Origin: Antedon mediterranea
Lineage: Eukaryota; Animalia; Echinodermata
DNA: 64,000 nt
Assembly: GCF_964355755.1 (NCBI RefSeq)
Contig: NC_092671.1
Coordinates: 7,254,001 to 7,318,000, forward strand
Direction of reading: 5' to 3'
In this document: positions 53,601-64,000 of the stretch, one piece after another
Position numbering within the stretch: position 1 is the first letter of the stretch
Layout: every line of letters begins with the position of its first letter
Translations under genes and position numbers: made by a program
Notes under the pieces: model-generated
Database searches by the model: none
What the model was told of the DNA's origin: nothing
What the model saw: the letters and a program-made list of their open reading frames with translations, nothing else

Positions 53601-56600
53601 CAGTTGCAACAACTGAAATTTAAATACAATTCCGTATGTGAACAAAAGGTTTGTATTTTGTCAATAAAATAATTTTTATTTAAAGCTCTGCTGTCTATAT
53701 ACACCATCAATCTTAATGTGAAAAAAAAATGTGATGTATCCATATGGATACAATGATCACTACCATATTTGGGCACATAAACATTTTTTGTCAAACTAGT
53801 TTGATAGTGTAGACAATCTTTCGATTACCTGTATAAAAAAAAATTATCGACAAGCACACTTGTGTATTAATGAGATTTTAACAGGAATAGAGAAAATAAT
53901 AAATGAGTTTATTAAACTTTTAATGAAAATAACATTCAATTTAATGATAAATCATAACAATATTTTGTATCAAGAACAGCTTGCCCATTGGATGTGACTT
54001 TAAGCTGTTGGATCTCATGAACATCATGCCACCATAACATTAGTCTTCATATGTCTACTGAAAAACATACATTTATCAAGAAACAAATATAATATATATA
54101 TATAAATATATAAAATAAGTAGAGGGCACATATCCACTGAAGTGCTCAAGGCGCTGTGGACTAGATGTTACACTTTCAATAACATGCTTCTCCCCTAAGG
54201 GTCTAGTCATGTCCTGCAGACACTTGCGGCGCTCTCTTTTCTGTCCACGACAGTGGCTGTATGAACTAGTACTAGTATCTTTTTATTAATATAATAATAA
54301 TATATCAAACATTTATTAAATAATATTTATCGCATAATATGCAATCTACGATAATTGAATTAATTGATATAACAAATTTATTAAATACATAACATCATTT
54401 GAATAAAAAGAACAAATCACATATCTACACATAATCATAACATCGTATACTCTATCTCTAACAATTTATTCAATCTTCTATCGACTAAAGCCGAAGTATA
54501 GTCGTTATCTCGGAACCGTTCTATGGTTACCACCAGGTAGGCTTGCTTCATCAAAGCTTCTATGAATGGATGTACTGGTTGGGAGCAGAAAAACTAGTAG
54601 ACCATACCCAGTACCGTTTTGATTACGATCAATTGGGAAATTACCTCACAACGTAATGATGAATCAAACTATAACATTCTTTATAGAGATATCTTGAAGA
54701 ACAGTTACAACTGTGTAATGATCAAGTCAACCACGCCTTCACACAAGTTAAAGTGAGTCAAGAAGCCCAGACAAAAATGGAAGAAAAGTTTCATGTGGAG
54801 AGGTTGCAATTAGAGAATGTTATTTTGGAACTACAAGATCAAATGTAAGGCTCTGAATACACTATCAAACTAGTTTGACAAAAAAAAAGTGTGATGTGCC
54901 CAAATATGGTAGTGATATGCCCAAATATGTTAGTGATATTGGATATCATGTCCATATATGGGCACATCACATTTTGTTGTCACATAAAGTTTGATAGTGT
55001 AGGCTTAAGGGAATCAGTGTAGGATTTTGCATGTGAATTTTTCTACCATGTTAACTAGTACTTAATATGTACCATGTGATAATCCACGCTTGTTGATTAA
55101 TATCAAGTTTGCTACAGTTTTATAGAGTTCAGTGAATAGAACATCTAAAGTTATTACTAAACTTTTAAAGTGACTAGAACCCAACAGAATATTGCAATAT
55201 ATTTTTGATTTTTTAAATATAATTGCAGCCCTCGTACACTGTCATTTCAACAGCTTATGGAGCAATTTGCTGTCAGGGGTTCATTTTCTTTGTTTGAATG
55301 TCACAAACTTGAAAAACATATTTTGGTTTTATTCAGAGGTTATTGGAAGGACGCCCACCTGGCTTCAAGAAAAGAACTTGAAGAGCACTTGACCACTGGA
55401 CATTGGCGTTTACGTAGGGATAATTCTGGCGGTCCATCCATTGCTATGGATTTTGTTACAATGAATGCTGCTGGGTCTACGATAGACATTGAAACTTATG
55501 GGTAGGGGAAGCATTTTGGTTGTTGGTTTCATTTTGTTCTAGTGCTTAATAATTTACTTCATTTTAATGTATAATGTTATTTTGGAACTACAAGATCAAA
55601 TGTAAGTAGTTTGACAAAAAAAAGTGTGATGTAGTTCACAATAGAGAAATAGCAGAAAATCTCTACAGTGTGGTTATTTCAAACATGCTTGCATAGCGCC
55701 CTCTATAAGATATTTATTTGTGCCATAATTGATGCATTCATTATTCCTTTCCTTTACCACCTTGGAAGAAAACAGTGTCTCCAGAACGTAAATTCACCTT
55801 ATGAAAAAAATTAAATGCCTTCATAATTGTCCATCTAAATCATCAATTAAATCCATAAACTGTTTTATTTTTAATCATAATGATTATTGAATTCATTACT
55901 TGTTATTATCAACAGAGAGAGTGTACACAGTCTAGAACCACCAACGAGCCCTAGTGAAACGAGTCCAATGTCATCAAATTCACTTACATTACTGATTGAC
56001 AAGAGTATAGATAGTACTTGTGGCATTAAAACAAAGAAAGAGGAAACGCCTTCTTTAGTACCTCTTGCAGGATCCTTCACATCTCAGGTAAAACTGTTGC
56101 ATTTTTTCTGTGTTATTATATATTTATATATCTTATTATCTCATTAGCCCTTGCTGTTATACCATTGGTCAATAAAGAATAACAAATTGAGCAATATTAT
56201 TTTGTTTTTTAGTTCAGTGTAAAAAGTGATAATGTATTTACAAGTAGTACTTCATCTGCCAACCTCATAGATGGGCATGTATCTCAGGTAAACTAATCTC
56301 ATTTCATAAGTATGACATCTTCTTAGGGACCATGTCAAAATTATTCAACTGCAGTTATTGCATTAACTGCGTTTTGCTGACTCTTTAACCTGATTATTAT
56401 TAAGTATTTAGTAAGCTTTTTCTGTATAATTGCAGTGTTTGCCTCATAAAGTCATACTTTATTGCAGTAAAGAGTATGCATGATTTTGACATGGTCCGAG
56501 CGTAAGGGTCGAGTGCTGCCACCAAACGGCTCCCGTTCGTCTGTCCACAACGACTAGGGGCTGAATGGATCAGTACATTGGGGTAACCCCCTACTCTTCC

Positions 56601-56975
56601 GAAAGATGTACTGGGTTCTTTAAAGTGCACAAAATATGTGTACACTGGACCTCCAGTTTAAGTCCTTAACCAAGAAGACTTGTTGAAGGAGTGCCTTGAA
56701 CTTGAACTATGGTTTGTGCAGCCCCTGCCTTATCCACTCGACTCGACAAAGGAAGAACAAAGTATAGTTTATTTTTAAAAACTGTTGAAAGTACTGTAGA
56801 GGTTTCGTAATAAGGCAAACTACACCCAACCCAACCCCGCCCTGCTTACAAGCATGTATAGCCAACTAATGATTTATCTTTTCAGACTTTACCAAAGTTA
56901 TCAGAGACTGGAAGTATAAGCTCAGCCGTGTCACTTGCTGATAGTCTATTGAGCACAGTGTCGGCACCGCCTTGA
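50693..56975 (+). CDS. RUNDC3: RUN domain-containing protein 3 (RUNDC3A/B, RPIP8-like)
   Basis: Exons 50693-50811, 51235-51350, 51770-51903, 52015-52100, 52543-52632, 53417-53648, 54687-54844, 55337-55501, 55916-56087, 56213-56287, 56886-56975. IDDSSEEF..FATILE, KGRAWIR..LMEKR, DFSFCLK, VIDYTPYL and VILELQ match recalled RUNDC3A/B. Confidence 0.93.
52330..52509. mobile_element. Family-1 MITE (further copies 53684-53814, 54849-55003; degenerate copy 25201-25305)
   Basis: Same TIR and internal sequence with a variable number of internal units. Confidence 0.8.
52698..53171 (+). mobile_element. Possible solo LTR
   Basis: TGTCATAAA...TTTGTGACA termini, TATATAAA at ~52941 and ATTAAA at ~53047; no clean TSD found. 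Confidence 0.45.
56400..56745 (-). mobile_element. tRNA-derived SINE with Deu/Nin-type central domain
   Basis: Minus strand A-box-like GTCGAGTGGATAAG, then AAACTGGAGGTCC...TTAAAGAACCC...GAAGAGTAGGGGGTTACCCC, resembling the recalled DeuSINE/AmnSINE conserved domain. Confidence 0.7.
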
Positions 56976-57367
56976 ACAATTCAAAATTGCATAAAAACAA
57001 AAATATTAAATTTATATATTTAATTTGTAAAGATAATATTATAATTTATGAACTAGTTGATTGTGGGTGGGTGGGTTTTATGATTCTGAAATATTTGTAG
57101 CTTAGTTCGCTAAAATCGATAAATTGGTGACATAAAATATTGCGTTATCTGTATCTCTAATACGAAATATTAAATAGTACGCCCTCTGAATTTTTGAAAA
57201 AGAATTATTTAATGTATTTCACTTTATTGCTTCTTACAACATTGTGCAATAAAATGTGACAAAAACACCAACAAAATAAATGAGCACATAAGTTCCGCTC
57301 CACTGAAACATGCACTTCTATTAAACATATTATTTTCATCATTTCTGTACCTCGATATATTTTATAC

Positions 57368-57409
57368 GGTAACGGGACGATTCGTCCCGGGCCGAATCGT
57401 CCTAGAACC
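57368..57409. mobile_element. 42-bp Mutator-like mini-element
   Basis: GGT...CCTAGAACC with internal inverted repeats and exact 9-bp TSD ATTTTATAC (57359-57367, 57410-57418). Confidence 0.75.
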
Positions 57410-58874
57410 ATTTTATACTTATCATGTTATTGTTTATTAAGAAATTGCAGTATTAATGAAGTTAGATTCACTAGATGATAATAAATATAAACAAATATGT
57501 ATTGAAGTTGTCCTTATTTGATTAATTTAGTAGAAAAGTGAGGTGTAATACTCTTTTTGAAATTAATTATGTTAAAATTGTTACCTATCTCAAAATAATG
57601 AAATACATTTAAATATTTTCAATGGTATATTTGATATTTTAAAATGTGCCATATTTATACAAAGAGTTTATTGTTAGTGGGCGTTTATTTGAGGGCGCTT
57701 TTATACTTTTTTATTGGGTGTAAAATTATAACATACTCAAATAACCCCGGCCCCCACCCCCTTGAAAATCGACAACAATTGGTTAAGTAGAGCAGTCACA
57801 CCGTACCCTGATGTTAAACACGTAAACAATGAGAACATGAACCATGGAACTATAATTTATAGGTCCACGCACTTTTCGCTTTGTTAAAGCTTGGTTCCCA
57901 CTAGAACGTAACGCAAGGACGTAAACGCAACGCAAGCGTTTTAACCAATGACAAGCGAAGTTATAGACAGTTAGCAATCACAAGCGAATAAGCCATCGCT
58001 TGTGATTGGTTAATTCACTTGCGTTGCGTTACGTTCTTGTGTTGCGTTGCGTTACGTTCTTGTGTTGCGTCGCTAGTGGGAACATTGTTTGTTCTCACCC
58101 AAAATGAACCATTATTGTTTCTTTATTTTTTGTCAACAATCTTTCTTTGCGGAATGACGATTATATTCACATTATTGGCAGAGTTTTAAATATATAATTG
58201 AATTAGAAACCATCCATATCTACTGTAGAACCTATTGAATAGAGATTTGCCATTGTTGTTTTTATAAAGTTCATAGCTCGATCAGTTATATCATGGACCT
58301 ATACATTTATAGGTTCATGGTTATATACATTGTTCTCCCTCGCTGTAGCTGTAAGCACAGGATCTCATGCATTCATAACGATACAAAAGATACGCATGAA
58401 GTTTATATTTTCACAAAAATCAAGGACAAGTTATTTGAAAAGTAAAGAGTATTATTTTGTGTAATCATGTACAGTTAGATACGAAGACGTATATAAACGT
58501 GAAATAAATAATTCCAATATACTACCACCAGATCTCCCTTCACTCTCGTGTATGAAATTAAATTTAGGCTAGAGAACTTTTAAAATCCTTCACTCGTTTG
58601 GTATGTACGTTTTTTAGTTAATTGTATTATACTAAAATGTAAATAAGAGAATGTCATTTCACAATACTCGCGCGTGTGTACATTTGTTTAACAATATTTG
58701 TGTGTGATGCATATTGTCAATACATAGAATATAGATATAGTTATTCTTGACTTCTGCTCGTCTTTTGAATAATCTTCCAAATAGCCATTTTATTCTTATG
58801 ATGATTTACCCCTGATTTTTAAATTGCAAATTACAGATTTAGAATTCTATAAACGCGGCTATCCAATGTCTGCA

Positions 58875-60569
58875 TTATGAACTCAATTGTTTCACAATGT
58901 TGTGAAACCAAGATGCGAATTGTATCTGCTCTATTTTAATGATATTGTCATCGAGATGTTTGCATACAACCAAGTTGTAATGTTTATCAATCGATAACCC
59001 AGTACCTGGGCAGTCGACCGGTGCAAGCATCCCAGGCTGTGATAGGATCGAGTGTACATCACTCACTAGGCGATAGACCATGGCAGAAAAGATGCTTAAA
59101 AAATCGGAATTTTGTGGTAAAAAAATCATAGAAATCCTCTCCCGCACGGGCGAGTCATAATCAAGTTTAGTCTTTGACCATTTGTCAAAGATGAAGAAGT
59201 TTAGGTCCTTTTCATTTAATTTAGAAGCTACAGATGCTAGAAATTCTTTTCGAGAATGATCACTGATTTGTCCTAACTGTATTTTATGACCCAAACGGCC
59301 GAGGCGTTGAGAAGCAGCAATAATTAAATGTATTTCTGAACGACTATCGTTTGAGGTAACATTATGTGGCAGTATACTAAACACCAATTCCGTAATGTAA
59401 ATACAATGACCGTTTATTCCATGTTGTAGAAACCACTCGCAGTAATGGAGTTGCTGTTTCTTAATGTCTGTGGTGGTTGAACCACCGCAGCTCTCGTGTG
59501 AATTCTTTGCACTCAACACCATTTTACCATGTTTTGTTAAGCATGTCATTTCAATATAACCACCGTGTTCGTTTGTTAATGTCAAGAAACGCTGCAGATT
59601 TTTATATAATCGTTTATCTTGCTTTACGTCATTAGATGTATTGTGATTTTCAATTTTCAGTCTGTGTCTTCGAACAATGCTGCCGGCTGTTGATCTTTTT
59701 ATTCCATATTTATCAGCAACGGTCGTATAATTTCTGGGGTTATCCTCAAATGCTGCAATTAGTTTCTTTCGAATGTGAAGTGGTATTCGAAATCCATTAA
59801 CATTCCAGGTTCTGTTATTATCAAGCATAACGGGAATCATTGATATAGTACCGTCACCACAGGATTTATTTTCGTTGACATCAGAAAGTGATCTAGTACC
59901 AGTAGCGTCAGAAAATGAGTTCGCACCAATGGCATTAGAAACTGATCCAGCACCGTTGATATCAGAAACCGATTCAGCATCGTTGACATCAGAAACTGAT
60001 CTAGCACTTTTGGTTTCAGAAACTGATCCAGCACCGTTGGTATCAGAAATTGATCCAGCACCGTTGGTATCAGAAACCGATCCAGCACCGTTTGTATCAG
60101 AAACCGATCCAGCACCGTTGGTTTCAGGTTGAGTCACAGATACAGTTGCATTAATTGAATCATCGTCAGATGTTATTTCAATGGAAGATACCAGAACTTT
60201 GCACTTTTCAGTATACGATTTCTCACTCTGTCTGTTGCTTAAATCAATTGGTGACATGGTTTTATCTTGTTCCAAATCTTGTTGATTATCAGAATACTCT
60301 TGCGAAGTTAAATCAATCATTGACTGGTTAAGTTCCGTACTTAGGTTCTTCGCACTAAGGTCTATAGGAGACGTGTGTTGCCTTTCAACGATTGTTGGGT
60401 CTTGTAACTTTGCCGTATCTGTGACAACTTGACTGTTTCCAACTTCATCGTAATAGTTTACGTAATTTGTATATTCTTCGTTACGTAACTCATGACATGT
60501 ACATCGCGGAAGATCTCTTTTGCTGACATTGATTATTCGTCTGTATCTACTGAAATCAAGAGGTTCCAT
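58875..60569 (-). CDS. Intronless 564-aa protein derived from a Tc1/IS630-family transposase (HTH plus degenerate DDE) with an N-terminal PxDLS-bearing extension
   Basis: Long intact ORF. HTH-like IRKKLIAAFED..YTTVADKYGIKRSTAGSIVRR. C-terminal blocks CIYITELVF, FFIFDKWS and IFLPQNSDFLSIF align by eye to the IDE, DN and LPPYSPxLNPIE transposase blocks. No TIRs seen. Confidence 0.75.
   Translation of the reverse strand: MEPLDFSRYRRIINVSKRDLPRCTCHELRNEEYTNYVNYYDEVGNSQVVTDTAKLQDPTIVERQHTSPIDLSAKNLSTELNQSMIDLTSQEYSDNQQDLEQDKTMSPIDLSNRQSEKSYTEKCKVLVSSIEITSDDDSINATVSVTQPETNGAGSVSDTNGAGSVSDTNGAGSISDTNGAGSVSETKSARSVSDVNDAESVSDINGAGSVSNAIGANSFSDATGTRSLSDVNENKSCGDGTISMIPVMLDNNRTWNVNGFRIPLHIRKKLIAAFEDNPRNYTTVADKYGIKRSTAGSIVRRHRLKIENHNTSNDVKQDKRLYKNLQRFLTLTNEHGGYIEMTCLTKHGKMVLSAKNSHESCGGSTTTDIKKQQLHYCEWFLQHGINGHCIYITELVFSILPHNVTSNDSRSEIHLIIAASQRLGRLGHKIQLGQISDHSRKEFLASVASKLNEKDLNFFIFDKWSKTKLDYDSPVRERISMIFLPQNSDFLSIFSAMVYRLVSDVHSILSQPGMLAPVDCPGTGLSIDKHYNLVVCKHLDDNIIKIEQIQFASWFHNIVKQLSS
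59880..60125 (-). repeat. 30-bp coding tandem repeat (10-aa TNGAGSVSD-type units)
   Basis: About 8 increasingly degenerate units within the ORF. Confidence 0.9.
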
Positions 60570-61599
60570 ATTCAACCAAAACTCTTCACTCTTTCCTGCT
60601 CAGACTAACATGAACGAATAATACTCTAGTGAAAGGGAACCGGGTACTGCATATTTTGGCTTTGTGAATAGAGGGGAAACTTGATTGAATACTATTTCTG
60701 CAATTGAAAATCATCGAACCATATCATCTATTGTTATCCGGCTTTTGATGCACATTTTTGGTATAATAAAAAAAATGTGTTATTGTGCTAATTGAATTGC
60801 TTAAACCGTAGAGCTAGTACTAAAATTAACGTAACTATTTAAAAGAAACACTATAAAGTATAAACTACTCTTTTTCACGATATATTAAAAAAAGCATGTA
60901 CAAGCCAGTGACGTCAAGTCAAAAGGGTGGATTCGATGTATCACAATTTACAGACTGCATGTAAACGTAAACTCCTACGACTATCCCTTAAACTTAAAAT
61001 GACTTGATTCTATCGGTTGTTCTCAAGATTCACTCAGTTGGAACAATAAAACTGATTTGTCCTAACTGTATATGACCGAGGCGTTGAAAAGTAGCAATTA
61101 TTATTAAAATAATGTATATCTGAACGGTAGTTTACTTGATTCTATCGGTTGTTCTCAAGATTCACTCAGTCACACTAACTTATATACCTCCATGATTGGA
61201 ACAAAGAAGTTTATAAAAATATATTGTCTAAGCTAAAAATGAATACGATTTTTATCAAATAGTATCGACATTTTTTTAAACCATGAAGCCATTTTTTAAA
61301 TAGATTGAATGCATACAGATAGAAAGTGATTACAACAAAGCGTTCGATTTGATTTGAACCTTTCCTTCGTGAAAAAACAACCATTCATCAATCTCGGCGA
61401 ACCGCGAAGTATACACTCAGCCAACCGTGAAGTGAACTTTAAAAAATAAATTCGAACCTTGACCTTGAGCATTGTTGTATTGTAACTGCGTTAATCTAAA
61501 ATAATTGCCATTGTTTTCTTTAGCTTTTGTAAAGGCAGGTATAGCTAGTTATTTAAAAAAAAGTTCTTCACGTGCTATGAGAGCAAGGCCCATCTGTAT

Positions 61600-62880
61600 T
61601 ATACTGTAGTACAGGGACATTTTCGGAAATTGCCTAATTAGAGATATATTGTCCCCTAAATTTTTTGTTGAATATGCCATTTTAATGTCACGTAAATAAT
61701 AGTTAATAACTTTGACCAGGTCAAATTTCGACCCTTTTATGTGTTTTTGTTATCATTACTACCATACTGTAATTAGACAGTCGCAGATGCATTTAGTGTG
61801 TTCTGCGCATGTTACTTTATTTATATTTTAAAAAGTCAATATTTTGGCAATTTTCGAAAAATCCCTGTACTATAGTACAGGACTTTTACGGAAAACTTTT
61901 TTATTTTTTACATAACTGGTTACCGTAAATCTAATACTAACCCCCTTCTAATAGTAACACCCACCTTATAAGTCAATCTATAATAATAGGTTGACCCACT
62001 TAACTAAATAGTAATTCCCATAATATTAGAGTCACAAAAGCTATTGACAAAATGACATTATGAAGACTGGTCGTTTATGATGTAGCCGTATTTTGAAAAT
62101 AAGGAGATAATGCATGTTGATCTCGGGGGAGGATTAAGTGTTTTTGAGTTTATAAAATAAGTTCAATCTATTTATTCATACTGTTTTATTATTTTGCTAT
62201 GAGTCGCTCACCTGAAAAGTTGGGGTGCCTAATTTAAGATTAGCAATAGTAACCCACTACTCTAATAGTAACCCACCCTAAAAAACAATCAAGAATATTA
62301 ACCCAGGGTTACAATTAGAAGATTTACGGTACTTAATACTATCATAATTTGACATGCGCAAACACACATTGTTCTGTGCATGTTACCTCAATAAACATTT
62401 TGAAAAATTGATATTTTGGCTATTTTTCGTAAAAATCCTTATACCATAGCACAGCCTGGGATTTTTACGGAAAATGGCCAAAATCGACCCTTTTATTTAT
62501 TGACATAACTGGTTACTAGATAATAATTAATATGCGCAGACTCACATAATGTGTTCTGTGCTTGTTATCTCAATACAGTATATATTTTGATGAGTTGATA
62601 TTTTGGCAATTTTTGGAGATTTTTAGGGCCTAAATTGCCAAATTTTGACTAATTAATATATCATAATTTGTGTTCTGCGCATGTTACCTCAATACATATT
62701 TTTGGCCATTTTTTTTATAATCCCTGTACTATAGTACAGGGATTTTTACGGAAAATAGCTGGAAAATTCTACCCTATTATTTGTTTACTACATAACTGGT
62801 TACTATATATCATTGCACAGACGCACATCATTATTTTCTGTGCGTGTTACCTCAATGTATATATTGAAAAGTTGATAACG
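61600..62880. repeat. Degenerate ~170-bp tandem repeat array
   Basis: Recurring TTTTACGGAAAA, CATAACTGGTTAC and TCTGCGCATGTTACCTCAAT blocks. Confidence 0.7.
61923..62329. mobile_element. pogo/Tc1-type MITE inserted in the repeat array
   Basis: CCGTAAATCT...AGATTTACGG termini with TA flanks; interrupts a CATAACTGGTTAC unit. Confidence 0.7.
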
Positions 62881-63125
62881 CAATATATGGGTATGCCTAT
62901 ATATGGCAATATTATTGAATAAATTTGAAAATCCTGTTTTGGGTTGTCCAAAATATCTTTGCAAACTAACAAATGCAATGCTTAGCTACTAAAATCACCA
63001 AACATTTTCTTTACTCCAAGAACGCATTAATTTTCAGAATGTTTTTTTTTAATACAGTACATCAGTGATACTAAACTTTTTAAATTAGGAGGCAAATTCT
63101 ACATAGGAACCTGTGTACAAACACT

Positions 63126-63324
63126 TTAAGTAGCAACAGGTTCTTCATCATCAGCTATTGCCTTTGTAGTTGAAATTTCCTCCCCTTTAGAACCTTTCGC
63201 TTGTTCCTCCTCGTCTTCTGAATCACAGTCGGTGCAGAACCATTCATATCCTCGTTGTTTAGGACTCTTTTTCAGAGCTGGATTCAGACAGCCAAAGTGG
63301 TAACAATTTTTACACTTGTCACAA
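63126..63324 (-). CDS. PHF14: Last coding exon of PHD finger protein 14
   Basis: CDKCKNCYHFGCLNPALKKSPKQRGYEWFCTDCDSEDEE...* matches the recalled C-terminal PHD of PHF14 (YHFGCLDPPLKKSPKQ). CAG acceptor at 63325-63327; the rest of the gene lies beyond the window. Confidence 0.88.
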
Positions 63325-63485
63325 CTGCATTAAACACAAATAAAATAATCTGGCAAGCTCAGATATTTACAAAATCTACTCGTACTGTGTTATGCTCTTT
63401 TTTTTTATAATACATGTTTAGACCATGGGAAATAAATGTAATGGTTCTTGTCAGCACTACTTAAAACTGCTTTTAATCACATGCA

Positions 63486-63611
63486 CAGTGACGTTACGCA
63501 GAGGCCTGAGGCCTCTGGTTTAGGAACCCTAAGTGACCCTGGCCTGGAGGCCTTGGGCGTTTTTAGCCTTTTTCAATATATTTTAATGCATTCATAGCCG
63601 TTACGCCACTG
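63486..63611. mobile_element. hAT-type MITE
   Basis: CAGTGACGTTACG...CGTTACGCCACTG termini; 8-bp TSD CACATGCA/CACATGTA. Confidence 0.8.
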
Positions 63612-64000
63612 CACATGTATGTTGTATCAACTGTAAACGTTGACATTACGGAAAGTCATATCCCCAGAATTTTATTTTTCACTGTCAATCTCAATATTTA
63701 AAGAAACATAGGTCATAGTAATTTACCCGGATAATTACATATAATTGGTCTATGAAGTCAAATTATTGATTAGGTTAACTAAATATGAACACACCAATAT
63801 ATGATGTTTTGCTTATAAGAACCATACCATCAATTTCCCATGGCTCTAACCAAACAGACATGCATTTAGGATTCAATATTTTAGCTTTTTCTAATGTTTT
63901 ACCATATATTCTATTTTCACCTTTTAAACTTTTTTCAAATTGTTATCCAATTCAAGTATTTTCTTCATTATGTGTATCTAGAAAATCCTATATGATAATT

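Noticed and set aside
50693-56975. Functional link between RUNDC3 (small-GTPase effector) and the Rab8 cluster
   Set aside because: Proximity alone is not evidence in a metazoan genome; RUNDC3A is known as a Rap2 binder.
59837-60132. Alternative-frame and antisense repeat ORFs
   Set aside because: Shadows of the 30-bp coding repeat in the main ORF.
60596-63324. Transposase-derived ORF as an alternative last exon of PHF14 (same strand)
   Set aside because: The only nearby acceptor (~60596) is weak and phase 1, whereas the PHF14 last exon is entered in phase 2; upstream PHF14 exons are outside the window.

Overview
AT-rich, intron-containing invertebrate metazoan DNA; a Deu/Nin-domain SINE and vertebrate-like Rab8 intron positions fit a deuterostome, but the species cannot be determined. 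All gene models were spliced by hand from GT-AG signals and reading frame, and family names come from recalled homologue sequences, not searches. Layout: (1) 5.9-25.9 kb, a Rab8 cluster. It has a canonical 8-exon Rab8 with a second, divergent upstream first exon (alternative P-loop/switch I) and two divergent tandem paralogs lacking the catalytic Gln; one paralog carries two tandem, apparently mutually exclusive switch-II exons. (2) 27-41 kb, an unrecognised tandem family of five small secreted Cys-containing peptide genes built from symmetric phase-1 micro-exons (12-75 nt). It includes a chimeric gene at a duplication junction and a duplicated 3' module. (3) HINT, an unknown ~506-aa gene with a sense-strand intronic minimal hammerhead ribozyme, RUNDC3, an intronless catalytically degenerate Tc1/IS630-type transposase ORF with PxDLS (CtBP-binding) motifs, and the last exon of PHF14. 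Many MITEs, minisatellites and nested non-autonomous DNA transposons fill the non-coding space.
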